From a virus: a DNA stretch of 25,338 bases. A model generated the notes under the pieces. The model was not told the origin of the DNA. It was given only the letters and a program-made list of their open reading frames with translations, and did not search any database. The DNA lies in IMG/VR virus record IMGVR_UViG_3300029893_000067, positions 1-25,338 of that record; one strand, 5' to 3'. The translations under genes and the position numbers were made by a program. Below, in pieces: positions 1 through 8,581 of this stretch; the first letter of the stretch is position 1, and each line of letters begins with the position of its first letter.

Positions 1-150
1 CCCGGCAATGGAGGAAATGGAGGAATTCCTGGAGGAGGTGGAGGATTAAGCGGATCAAGCTTCTTTGGAAACCATTCAGCATCCGGCGGAAATGGTACAA
101 GGGGACAAATAAGAATTACTTATTATAAAAAATATGTTTTAATAATTTGA
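1..150 (+). CDS. 3' end of a glycine-rich virion/tail-fibre-type protein (partial)
   Basis: Frame 1 reads PGNGGNGGIPGGGGG...SGGNGTRGQIRITYYKKYVLII* (TGA 148-150). GGxGxxGxIRITY is a typical C-terminus of phage Gly-rich domains. Not in the ORF track because it is open at the window edge. Confidence 0.7.
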   Translation, partial: PGNGGNGGIPGGGGGLSGSSFFGNHSASGGNGTRGQIRITYYKKYVLII

Positions 151-175
151 TTTTCACGAGATATTATGTTATAAT
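147..175 (+). promoter_or_regulatory. sigma70-type promoter with extended -10
   Basis: TTGATT (147-152), 17-nt spacer, TG at 167-168, TATAAT (170-175). Confidence 0.6.
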
Positions 176-198
176 CTCTCTTTAAAGGGAGATTTTTT
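173..198 (+). terminator. Stem-loop covering the RBS of ORF 199, possible intrinsic terminator
   Basis: AATCTCTCTTT/AAAGGGAGATT inverted repeat (one G-U pair) followed by a T run. The 3' arm contains the SD GGGAG. Confidence 0.55.
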
Positions 199-521
199 AT
201 GCTTAAAATTTATACAATTTATAAAATTACAAACACTATTAATAATAAAGTTTATATAGGAAAAACTAATAAACCAAATCCTATTAATAGATGGTTAAAA
301 GGCCATCTTTATATTGTTAATAAAATTATGAAAATAATATATTCGTTAGGGCAATTAAAAAATATAAAAAAGAAAATTTTATTTTTTAAATTATCTTCCA
401 ATCTAATTCAAATTTAATTTCAGAAAAAAAATTGTTTATTTTTTGAATTTCTTTTTATTAAAAAATATAACAATTTTATACATTCAGAAATTCTAATGAT
501 TACAATATGATTTTAGTTTGA
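199..521 (+). pseudogene. Decayed GIY-YIG (Seg-like) endonuclease domain
   Basis: IYKITNTINNKVYIGKT at the start. After a frameshift near 322-325 it continues RAIKKYKKENFIF*II (TAA 387-389). Other frames give FEFLFIKKYN (442-471) and NDYNMIL (495-515, cf. NGYNMT). Confidence 0.8.
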
Positions 522-2509
522 AAAATAACGTTTTAACAATAAAAGAATTATACGAAAAATATAATTGCCATAACAACTATTATAGACTTTATAATTTAAC
601 ACCCATTAATAATCATTATAATTCAAAAATTAATATGATCTGTTTAAAAATAACCGACGAACAATTATTAGAAGAATTGAAAAACAATCTTACAGTAAAA
701 GAAATCTCAATTAAATATAATTTAAATAAAACTTCTATAAGAAGAAGAATTAATAAATTAGGAATAAATTATAGAACGAAAAAAGATTATACTAATATAT
801 TTACTAAAGAATTTTTAGAATCTACTGAACTATCTGTGTCTCGTCTGTGTGAAATTTATAATTGCGATAGACATACCATAATATCATACTATAAAAAACA
901 TAATTTAAAAAATAATAATAAAGAATTTTGTAAATATTGCGGAGAACCTTTTAAAACAAAAAATCACGAATATAAATGTTCTTTAAATCCTGATAATTCA
1001 AAAATTATTCTAACTTGTCCTCATTGCAATTTTAAAGGAAGTGGACCTTCTATGTTAAAATATCATTTTGATAATTGCAAATTTAATAATACCAAATCTG
1101 AATTATTAATAAATATAAAAAATAAGTTATCATTAAAAGAAATTGCAGATAAACAAAATTGTAGTGTAACGACAATTTATAATAAGTTAAATTTATATAA
1201 TATCAAATATTCTACTAAGAAATCTTTAGATGAAATTTTCACTAAAGATTTCTTAGAAAATACAAATTATTCGATATCAGAATTATCTAAATTATACAAT
1301 TGTAACCAGACAACAATATGGAAATATATTAATAAACATGATATAAAATATATAAAAAACAAAAAAGCACACCTCATATTACAAAATAAAAAATGGTTGT
1401 ATCAAAAATACATTATTGAAAATTTATCATTAACTAATATTGCTAAAGAATTAAATTGCGGAACAAATTTAATTAAAAAATATTTAAAATTACACAAAAT
1501 ATATCAAAAACAAAGATTTAAAGAAAAAATGGGAACAATTTTTTTTGAAAATTTAGATGAAAAAATTATTAATTTATATACTATAGAAAAATATTCTTGT
1601 GATGCTATATCTCTTAAATATAAATGTTCTAAAGAATATGTTAGAGACCTTTTAATAAAAAATAATATAGAAAGAAATATAAATTCTAACAAATCTTCTA
1701 TAGAAAAACTTGTCTGTGATATTTTAGATGAATTAAATATTGCATATACCACAAACACTAAAAAAATAATTCCTCCTTTTGAAATAGATATTTTCGCCGA
1801 AGAATATAATATAGCAATAGAAATTAACGGAATTTATTATCATTCTCAAAAATTTATTAATAAAAATTATCATGAAAATAAAAGAATATTATGCGAAAAA
1901 AAGAATATAAGATTAATTCAATTATTTGAAGATGATATATATTTAAAATTTAATATAATACGAAAATTTTTAGTTAATGTTTTTAATAAAAACTTATCAT
2001 CTATTTATGCAAGAAAATGTTCTATTATTACAGATATTTCTTTAAATGAAAAAAGAAAATTTATGGAAGAAAATCATATTCAAGGATATGGAAAATCTAA
2101 TTATTCTATTGGATTAGAATATAATAATAAATTAATGGCTTTAATGCTATTTAACGGAAATATATTAACTCGTTATGCTACTTCATCTAATGTGGTAGGA
2201 GGATTTTCTAAATTATTAATTAATTCAAATTTAAATGAAGTTTATACTTTTTGTGATTTAACTATGTTTACAGGAAAATTATATGAAAAAAATGGATTTA
2301 TAAGAGAATATTATATTCCGCCAGATTATAAATATGTATATAAAAATGTAAGACACCATAAATTCAATTTTAGAAAAATAAGATTTAAAAATGATGATAA
2401 ACTAATTTATCAAGAAGGGTTAACCGAATTTGAGTTAGCAAAATTAAATAATATTCAAAGAATATATGACGCAGGAAAAATTAAATATAAATGGACAAGA
2501 AATAAATAA
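518..2509 (+). CDS. Hef-like putative homing endonuclease: multiple HTH motifs, Zn fingers, Vsr/DUF559-like PD-(D/E)xK nuclease, C-terminal GNAT-like domain
   Basis: About six HTH-like units, CKYC and CPHC...HFDNCK, EIDIF...IAIEINGIYYH, FMEENHIQG...VVGGFSKLL...RIYDAGK. Start uncertain (TTG 518 or ATG 635). Confidence 0.75.
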   Translation: MKNNVLTIKELYEKYNCHNNYYRLYNLTPINNHYNSKINMICLKITDEQLLEELKNNLTVKEISIKYNLNKTSIRRRINKLGINYRTKKDYTNIFTKEFLESTELSVSRLCEIYNCDRHTIISYYKKHNLKNNNKEFCKYCGEPFKTKNHEYKCSLNPDNSKIILTCPHCNFKGSGPSMLKYHFDNCKFNNTKSELLINIKNKLSLKEIADKQNCSVTTIYNKLNLYNIKYSTKKSLDEIFTKDFLENTNYSISELSKLYNCNQTTIWKYINKHDIKYIKNKKAHLILQNKKWLYQKYIIENLSLTNIAKELNCGTNLIKKYLKLHKIYQKQRFKEKMGTIFFENLDEKIINLYTIEKYSCDAISLKYKCSKEYVRDLLIKNNIERNINSNKSSIEKLVCDILDELNIAYTTNTKKIIPPFEIDIFAEEYNIAIEINGIYYHSQKFINKNYHENKRILCEKKNIRLIQLFEDDIYLKFNIIRKFLVNVFNKNLSSIYARKCSIITDISLNEKRKFMEENHIQGYGKSNYSIGLEYNNKLMALMLFNGNILTRYATSSNVVGGFSKLLINSNLNEVYTFCDLTMFTGKLYEKNGFIREYYIPPDYKYVYKNVRHHKFNFRKIRFKNDDKLIYQEGLTEFELAKLNNIQRIYDAGKIKYKWTRNK

Positions 2510-2513
2510 CCAT

Positions 2514-2521
2514 TATAAATA
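2514..2521 (+). promoter_or_regulatory. T4-type late promoter for gp13
   Basis: Exact TATAAATA in the intergenic gap, about 40 nt before the gp13 start. Confidence 0.75.
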
Positions 2522-2560
2522 CTTGTATCTAATAAAATTAATTATATAGGTATAAGTATT

Positions 2561-3307
2561 TTGGTTATATCAAATAGAAACGAATTTAAAGAATATTGTT
2601 TAAGAAGATTAGGGAAACCGGTTACAAAAATCAATGTTGACGATTTTCAAGTAGAAGATCGTATTGAAGATGCTCTTCAATATTATTATGATTATCATTA
2701 TGATGCAACTAATTTATATTATTGGAAACATGCATTAACTGCACAAGATATTAGTCAACAATATTTAGATGTTGCAGAAGGAATTACTGGAATTAAAAGA
2801 ATATTTCCGTTATACGATTCTCAAGTTGTACAATCTTCTTTATTTGACATGCGCTATCAGTTACGTCTACACGATCTGTTTGATTTCACTAGTACTTCAT
2901 ATGTTAATTACACATTAACAATGCAACATTTAAGAACATTGGAAATGTTATTTACTGGAGAAGTTCCTATAAGATATGCAAGACATGAAAAGAAATTATA
3001 TATAGATTGGTCTTGGGGAACTGGTCCTGCCATTGAAGGAACTATAATAATTGCAGAAGGAACTATAAAATTAGACCCTGACACTAATCCTGATATATGG
3101 AATGATAGGTGGTTAAAAAGATATGCAACTGCATTAATAAAAAGACAATGGGGAGAGAACATTAAAAAATTTAAAAATGTTCCTTTACCAGGAGGAATAG
3201 TTTTAAATGGAGATGAAATATATGATTCTGCTGCAATTGAAATAGAAAAATTAGAATCTGAAATGATAAGAGACTATTCTATTCCTCCGGAATTTATAAT
3301 AGGATAA
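2561..3307 (+). CDS. gp13: Neck protein gp13
   Basis: YCLRRLGKPV.KINVDD.QVEDRI and WNDRWLKRYATALIKRQWGEN..KF...LPGG..LNG motifs, synteny with gp14/gp15, TTG start. Confidence 0.93.
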   Translation: MVISNRNEFKEYCLRRLGKPVTKINVDDFQVEDRIEDALQYYYDYHYDATNLYYWKHALTAQDISQQYLDVAEGITGIKRIFPLYDSQVVQSSLFDMRYQLRLHDLFDFTSTSYVNYTLTMQHLRTLEMLFTGEVPIRYARHEKKLYIDWSWGTGPAIEGTIIIAEGTIKLDPDTNPDIWNDRWLKRYATALIKRQWGENIKKFKNVPLPGGIVLNGDEIYDSAAIEIEKLESEMIRDYSIPPEFIIG

Positions 3308-3334
3308 TTTTAATTTTTATATAGGGGTTTATAA

Positions 3335-4768
3335 ATGTTAACATTCAAACAGTATTTTTTATTAGAAAACAATCATAAAAAAGAAAAAGAAAAAAAAGAT
3401 AAAATTCCTTGTGGAATTGTAATTCATGATAAAAAATACATAGAAAAGCTTCGCCAACATAAAATTGATATTCAAAAGAAAAAAAACATTAATGAAAAAA
3501 AAGGAGAAGGCGAAGAACAATTAGAAAAATTACATCAGGAACTTTTAACAAAAGAATCCCATGGACCAGATGAAAAAAAAGCCATAAAAGCTTATTCTGA
3601 CAAATCCTTTGAATTAAACGCTTTGTTATTAGGACATCATCATGTAGGGGTAGAAACTAATCCACAACTTTCATTAAATAATGGTAGACATAATTATAAT
3701 TTGAATCATTTAGACAGGGCCACTAATAAGCCAATAGGAAAATCTGTCACTGTGTTTTCAGGATTGGGATTTGATCCAAGAAAACAAGTTAAAAATAAAA
3801 GAATACATTTTCCTGCTTATACTTCATCTTCTATTGATAAGCAAGCTGCTAATAGTTTTGCTATTAGACAAGATGATAATAAAAAGCACATGTTAAGGAT
3901 TAATTTAACTCCTAGAGATCACGGGGCTTATATAGGAACTCCTTCTGGATATATTAACGAAAGAGAATTATTATTGCCGAGAAATACCACGATGAGAATT
4001 CATAGAAGTATTCCTGATGAAAACGATCCTAGTTTAATTATTCATCATGCTAGTATTGAACACGACGTTCCAGACCACGAAATAGAAAGGAATCCAAATT
4101 TAATAAGAAATTTACACAGAAATTTTCACGAGGTTTATTTAAACGAACTAAATGCTCATCCAAAATTAAAAGCATTAGTACCTACTATTCATAAAATAAA
4201 TTCAAAATCTACTCCAGAAGAACTGCACGAAATGAGAAATGATCCCGATGAAGAAGTTAGACGACTAGTAGCAAGCCATGGTAATACTTCTTTAGAAACA
4301 TTACATGAAATGAGAAACGATCCTGATGACGAAGTTAGACGAGGTATTGCGTGGAATAGTAATACTTCTTCAGAAACATTACATGGAATGAGAAATGATC
4401 TTGATAAAAAAGTTAGACGAGATATTGCGTGGAATCGTAATACTTCTTTAGAAACATTACATGAAATGAGAAACGATCCTGATGACGAAGTTAGACGAGG
4501 TATTGCGTGGCATAGTAATACTTCTTCAGAAACCTTACATGAAATGAGAAATGATCTTGAAGACGGAGTTAGACAAGGTATTGTAAATCATCGTAATACT
4601 TCTTTAGAAACATTACATGGAATGAGAAATGATCCTAATACAAGAGTTAGACAAGGTATTGCAAATCATCGTAATACTTCTTTAGAAACATTACAACATT
4701 TAAGTAATGATAAACGCCCTGAAGTAAGGAAAATTGCAATTAATAGATTAAAAGAATTAAAGAAATAA
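3335..4768 (+). CDS. Alt/VIP2-like NAD:arginine ADP-ribosyltransferase with C-terminal LRV/HEAT-like repeats, probable head-packaged protein
   Basis: AIKAYS..SFELN, VFSG, YTSSS, ERELLLPRN (ExE at 3959-3967), N-terminal MLTFKQYFLLE resembling T4 internal-protein leaders, seven ~26-aa repeats. Confidence 0.78.
   Translation: MLTFKQYFLLENNHKKEKEKKDKIPCGIVIHDKKYIEKLRQHKIDIQKKKNINEKKGEGEEQLEKLHQELLTKESHGPDEKKAIKAYSDKSFELNALLLGHHHVGVETNPQLSLNNGRHNYNLNHLDRATNKPIGKSVTVFSGLGFDPRKQVKNKRIHFPAYTSSSIDKQAANSFAIRQDDNKKHMLRINLTPRDHGAYIGTPSGYINERELLLPRNTTMRIHRSIPDENDPSLIIHHASIEHDVPDHEIERNPNLIRNLHRNFHEVYLNELNAHPKLKALVPTIHKINSKSTPEELHEMRNDPDEEVRRLVASHGNTSLETLHEMRNDPDDEVRRGIAWNSNTSSETLHGMRNDLDKKVRRDIAWNRNTSLETLHEMRNDPDDEVRRGIAWHSNTSSETLHEMRNDLEDGVRQGIVNHRNTSLETLHGMRNDPNTRVRQGIANHRNTSLETLQHLSNDKRPEVRKIAINRLKELKK
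4211..4750 (+). repeat. 78-bp coding tandem repeat (7 units of ~26 aa)
   Basis: Unit starts at 4211, 4286, 4364, 4442, 4520, 4598 and 4676. Consensus TSLETLHEMRNDPDxxVRxGIAxxxN. Confidence 0.95.
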
Positions 4769-4771
4769 TTA

Positions 4772-5638
4772 ATGGCCACTTCTTCTTATTTTAATAATTA
4801 TAAAAATGTCATAGAAGAATCTTTAATAGAAGATTTGATACATGAAGCTATTAATATTCAAGGATTTGATGGATATTATATCCCCAATGAAAATCTGCAA
4901 TATGATCAATTATACGGAGACGATCCATTAAAACAATTTAAAAATGCTTATTCAGTAGAATTATATTTAAGTAATGCAACTGATCCTGGGATGGATTTAG
5001 ATCTTTTTACAAAATTTGGATTGCAGATACAAAATTCTGTAAGAGTACAAATATCAAGAAGAAATTTTATAAATAACGTTCCTCAAAATATTATTACAAG
5101 ACCTAGAGAGGGGGATTTAATTTATATCCCTTTTTTATCTGGCAACGGAGAATTATATGAAATTAAATTTGTAAATGATACCAAAGATTTCTTTATATTA
5201 GGGAGGAAAAATCCTTATTATTATGAATTAGACTTAGAATTATTTAAATACGGAAATGAAACAATTGATACAGGAGTTGATGAAATTGATTCTATAATGA
5301 TGACAGATTCTTATTCAATAAATTATACAATGGGCAATGGAACTGGAAATTATAAAATTTCTGAAATAGTTTATCAAGGATTAGTTAATGCCCCTTCTGC
5401 TACTGGACAAGTAGCAGATTGGGAAGAAGATACTAAAATTTTAACTTTAATTAATTTAAACGGGGAATTTTCTAACACTTCTAATATTGTAGGGATGAAT
5501 ACTAATACAGAATATGAAATATACCAATCAGATAAATATAATAAACAATATCAAAATCCTATGGATAATCAAATAATAGATACTATTTCAACTGGAGTTA
5601 TAGACACTTCAGAAACTAATACTTTTGGGAATTTATAA
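4772..5638 (+). CDS. gp14: Neck protein gp14
   Basis: LIEDLI.EAI.I.G...YYIP, LYGDDP, KFGLQI, RPREGDLIYIP, YEIKFV, IDTGV.EID motifs. Confidence 0.92.
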   Translation: MATSSYFNNYKNVIEESLIEDLIHEAINIQGFDGYYIPNENLQYDQLYGDDPLKQFKNAYSVELYLSNATDPGMDLDLFTKFGLQIQNSVRVQISRRNFINNVPQNIITRPREGDLIYIPFLSGNGELYEIKFVNDTKDFFILGRKNPYYYELDLELFKYGNETIDTGVDEIDSIMMTDSYSINYTMGNGTGNYKISEIVYQGLVNAPSATGQVADWEEDTKILTLINLNGEFSNTSNIVGMNTNTEYEIYQSDKYNKQYQNPMDNQIIDTISTGVIDTSETNTFGNL

Positions 5639-6760
5639 TTGGCTTCTGTAACAGAATATTATCAAATAATAAGAAAAATTCAAGCTGCATTTGCTTCTCT
5701 TTTTAAAAATATTACTTTTGTTAGATATAATTCTAACGGAACTGAATTAGAACATGTATTAGTACCTGTTATTTACGGTCCCAAAGAAAAATATATTCAA
5801 AGATTGGAAGGAGATCCAGATTTAAATAAAAAAATTCAAATTACTCTTCCTAGAATATCGTATGAAATGATAGATTTTGGGTATGATGCGTCGCGCAAAT
5901 TAAATACTAATATTAAAAACTTTGCTATAAATCCTTCTTCTTCCTCTTCAGTTTATTCTCAATATAATCCGGTTCCATATGATTTTTTCTTTAATGTTTA
6001 TATAGAAACTCGAAATGTTGAAGATTCCAATCAAATATTAGAATTAATTCTTCCTTATTTTACTCCAGATTATACTATAAAAGTAAATCTTATTCCAGAA
6101 ATGGGAATGGTAAAATCTTTACCAGTTTTATTAAATAAAGCCGTTCCTGAAATTGATTACGAAGGAGATAATACTTCAAAAGTTAGAACTGTTATATGGA
6201 CATTAAATTTCACTGTAAAAGGATTTATTTTTGGTGCAATTAATAAAGACACTAAAATTATTAATACAGTTATTAATAATATCTTATTAGGAGATAAAAA
6301 TGGAACTTGCGAATGTGACGTATCTTCTAATCTTAAAAGAATATATAAATTAAGAGACGGAGGATATGGTAAATTTAAATATGGAGAAACTGTTTATCAA
6401 GGATTAAATTTAAATAATGCAAATGCTACTGGGGTAGTTAAATATTTTAATCCTAATTCTGTTAATAACGTAATAGAATTAGAAAATATATTAGGAACCT
6501 TTTTAATAGGACATCCTATTCAAGGGGTTGAAACGAGTTCTAAATATATAATTGAAGCTATCTATCCTTCTAATACTTTAATAGCCACAATAGTCACAGT
6601 TCCTATAGCTCCAAATTCTCAACCAGTTTTACAATTATTTGATTTTAACGGAAATTCAAATATTTCTCTTTCTGCTAAATGGACTACCTATCCATATGCA
6701 AACGCAAACTCTTTCTATTTTGTTTATTCTACTATTAAGGAATATCCTAATTTACATTAA
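5639..6760 (+). CDS. gp15: Tail terminator/sheath stabiliser gp15 with C-terminal extension
   Basis: VPVIYGPKEK, ITLPRISYEM, YDASRK, PVPY, QILELILPYFTPDY, WTLNFTVKG..FG motifs, TTG start abutting the gp14 stop. Confidence 0.92.
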   Translation: MASVTEYYQIIRKIQAAFASLFKNITFVRYNSNGTELEHVLVPVIYGPKEKYIQRLEGDPDLNKKIQITLPRISYEMIDFGYDASRKLNTNIKNFAINPSSSSSVYSQYNPVPYDFFFNVYIETRNVEDSNQILELILPYFTPDYTIKVNLIPEMGMVKSLPVLLNKAVPEIDYEGDNTSKVRTVIWTLNFTVKGFIFGAINKDTKIINTVINNILLGDKNGTCECDVSSNLKRIYKLRDGGYGKFKYGETVYQGLNLNNANATGVVKYFNPNSVNNVIELENILGTFLIGHPIQGVETSSKYIIEAIYPSNTLIATIVTVPIAPNSQPVLQLFDFNGNSNISLSAKWTTYPYANANSFYFVYSTIKEYPNLH

Positions 6761-6777
6761 TTTTATTAAGGAATAAT

Positions 6778-7260
6778 ATGACTCAATTTGATAAAAAAAT
6801 GAATTCTATTTTTAATATATCAGAAGAATCTTCTAAAGAATTAGAAATTATTGAACCTGAAGTCGTTAAAGAAAATAATACCAAAATTATATCTGCTGAA
6901 AATTTATCTATAGAACAGTTAGATAAAGATTTGTATGAAGATTATTGTAGAACTAGAGATAACTTCAATGAAATAATTGATAAGTCAAAAGGAGCTTTAG
7001 ACGAAATATTAGCAATTGCCCAACAATCTGAAAAAGCAAGAGATTATGAAGTAGCTTGCGGATTAATGAAAGAAATTTTAGCAAGCACAGAAAAATATTT
7101 AGATATTCAGAAAAAAGTTAGAGAAATTGCTAAACTATCTTCCAAAAAAGAAGAATCTGCTATTAATGTTGATAAAGCTGTTATTTTTACTGGAAGTACC
7201 AATGAATTACATCAATTAATTAAAGATTTACATAATAAACCTTCTATAAAAGAAGAATGA
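6778..7260 (+). CDS. gp16: Terminase small subunit gp16
   Basis: DY..TR.N...II, A..SE.AR.YEV...L, IFTGST.EL motifs, position before gp17, SD AAGGA. Confidence 0.88.
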   Translation: MTQFDKKMNSIFNISEESSKELEIIEPEVVKENNTKIISAENLSIEQLDKDLYEDYCRTRDNFNEIIDKSKGALDEILAIAQQSEKARDYEVACGLMKEILASTEKYLDIQKKVREIAKLSSKKEESAINVDKAVIFTGSTNELHQLIKDLHNKPSIKEE

Positions 7261-7285
7261 TTTTTATTAAATTTATGGGGTTAAG

Positions 7286-8581
7286 ATGGATTCTTATCTA
7301 TACAAAATTGCTTTAGAATTAAATAATTTTTCTACTAATAAAATTGTCAATCAAGAAAATTTTATAAAATATTTTGATAATTTCGTTTATGAATTAAATT
7401 ATTATTTCAATAATAAATACGATTTAAATGTGAAATCTTTTTATATTATTAAATTATATATTGATGTTTATGAAGGCAAAAACACTGACAAATATTTTAA
7501 ATCTTGTACAACTTGTGGCAAAGAATATTTTTTGAGCAGTAAAAATTTATTAAGATGTAAAAAATGTTTTAATAATGATTTAGTAAAATGTAAAATACAT
7601 AATGTAATTCATAAAAGACTTCAAAAATGTTATATTTGTGCAATGGAACATTCAAGAAAAATATATACAGAAAAAAATTCTTATAAATGGATAGAATGTC
7701 CTGTTTGTGGGCATCGTGCAGAAGAATTAGGACTTCATATAAAATATGTTCATAATATGCATCCTAAAAAATTTAAAGAATTGTATAATATGAAATCTAT
7801 TAAATCTCAAAAACTATGCGATAAAATGAAAGGGAATAAAAATCCTGCCTATAAACACGGAGGAAAATATAGTCCTTATAGCGATAATTTTATTTATGCC
7901 GATAAAATTAACAAAGAAGAATTATATACCAAAAATTCAATTTCTCAAAAAAATAATGGGAATAATCAATTAACTTTAAAATATTGGCTAAAAATAACTA
8001 ATAACGATGAGAACTTGGCCAAACTTTTATTATCAAAAAGACAGTCTACTTTTTCTTTAGAAAAATGTATATCTAAACATGGTAGAGAATTAGGGGTTCA
8101 AATTTGGCAAGAACGACAAGAAAACTGGCAAAACTCTCTAAAAAATAAATCTATCAAAGAAATAGAAGATATTAATAAAAGAAAATCTAATTATATGGGA
8201 TTCAGAACATTATGGAATATTCCTAACGACAATGAGTGTAAGTTTTATATATTAGATATAGGGAATAACAAATTAAAAATAGGAATAACTACTAACTCAT
8301 TATATAAAAGATATAAAACAAAAGATTTTAATATTTTATTAGAATATAAAAGTACAGTTTCTCATTGCTTCCAAATTGAACAAATATTAAAAAGAAAATT
8401 TTATAATAATATTATTTCTCCAGAAGAACAAATTTCCGAATTCGGATGGACAGAAACTTTTAAAAACGCAAATTATCATAAATTATTATTAATATTAGAA
8501 AGATTAAAAAATAAAAATTATACTAAAATTTTATTCAATAAATTAAGAAATCATAATAAAAGAAAAATAAATGAGAAATAA
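7286..8581 (+). CDS. Putative free-standing homing endonuclease (Zn fingers, NUMOD3-like motif, C-terminal GIY-YIG-superfamily T5orf172/MUG113-like domain)
   Basis: Several CxxC pairs, CPVCG...HIKYVH, KGNKNPAY.HGG, FYILDI...KIGIT...KRY, EQILKRKF...GWTETF. Confidence 0.7.
   Translation: MDSYLYKIALELNNFSTNKIVNQENFIKYFDNFVYELNYYFNNKYDLNVKSFYIIKLYIDVYEGKNTDKYFKSCTTCGKEYFLSSKNLLRCKKCFNNDLVKCKIHNVIHKRLQKCYICAMEHSRKIYTEKNSYKWIECPVCGHRAEELGLHIKYVHNMHPKKFKELYNMKSIKSQKLCDKMKGNKNPAYKHGGKYSPYSDNFIYADKINKEELYTKNSISQKNNGNNQLTLKYWLKITNNDENLAKLLLSKRQSTFSLEKCISKHGRELGVQIWQERQENWQNSLKNKSIKEIEDINKRKSNYMGFRTLWNIPNDNECKFYILDIGNNKLKIGITTNSLYKRYKTKDFNILLEYKSTVSHCFQIEQILKRKFYNNIISPEEQISEFGWTETFKNANYHKLLLILERLKNKNYTKILFNKLRNHNKRKINEK

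Noticed and set aside
4211..4750. Regular repeats that could be mistaken for a CRISPR array
   Set aside because: The 78-bp in-frame coding units have no unique spacers, and no cas genes are present.
6733..6775. 12-bp direct repeat TATTAAGGAATA around the gp15 stop
   Set aside because: Short, AT-rich and partly explained by the SD. No associated element.
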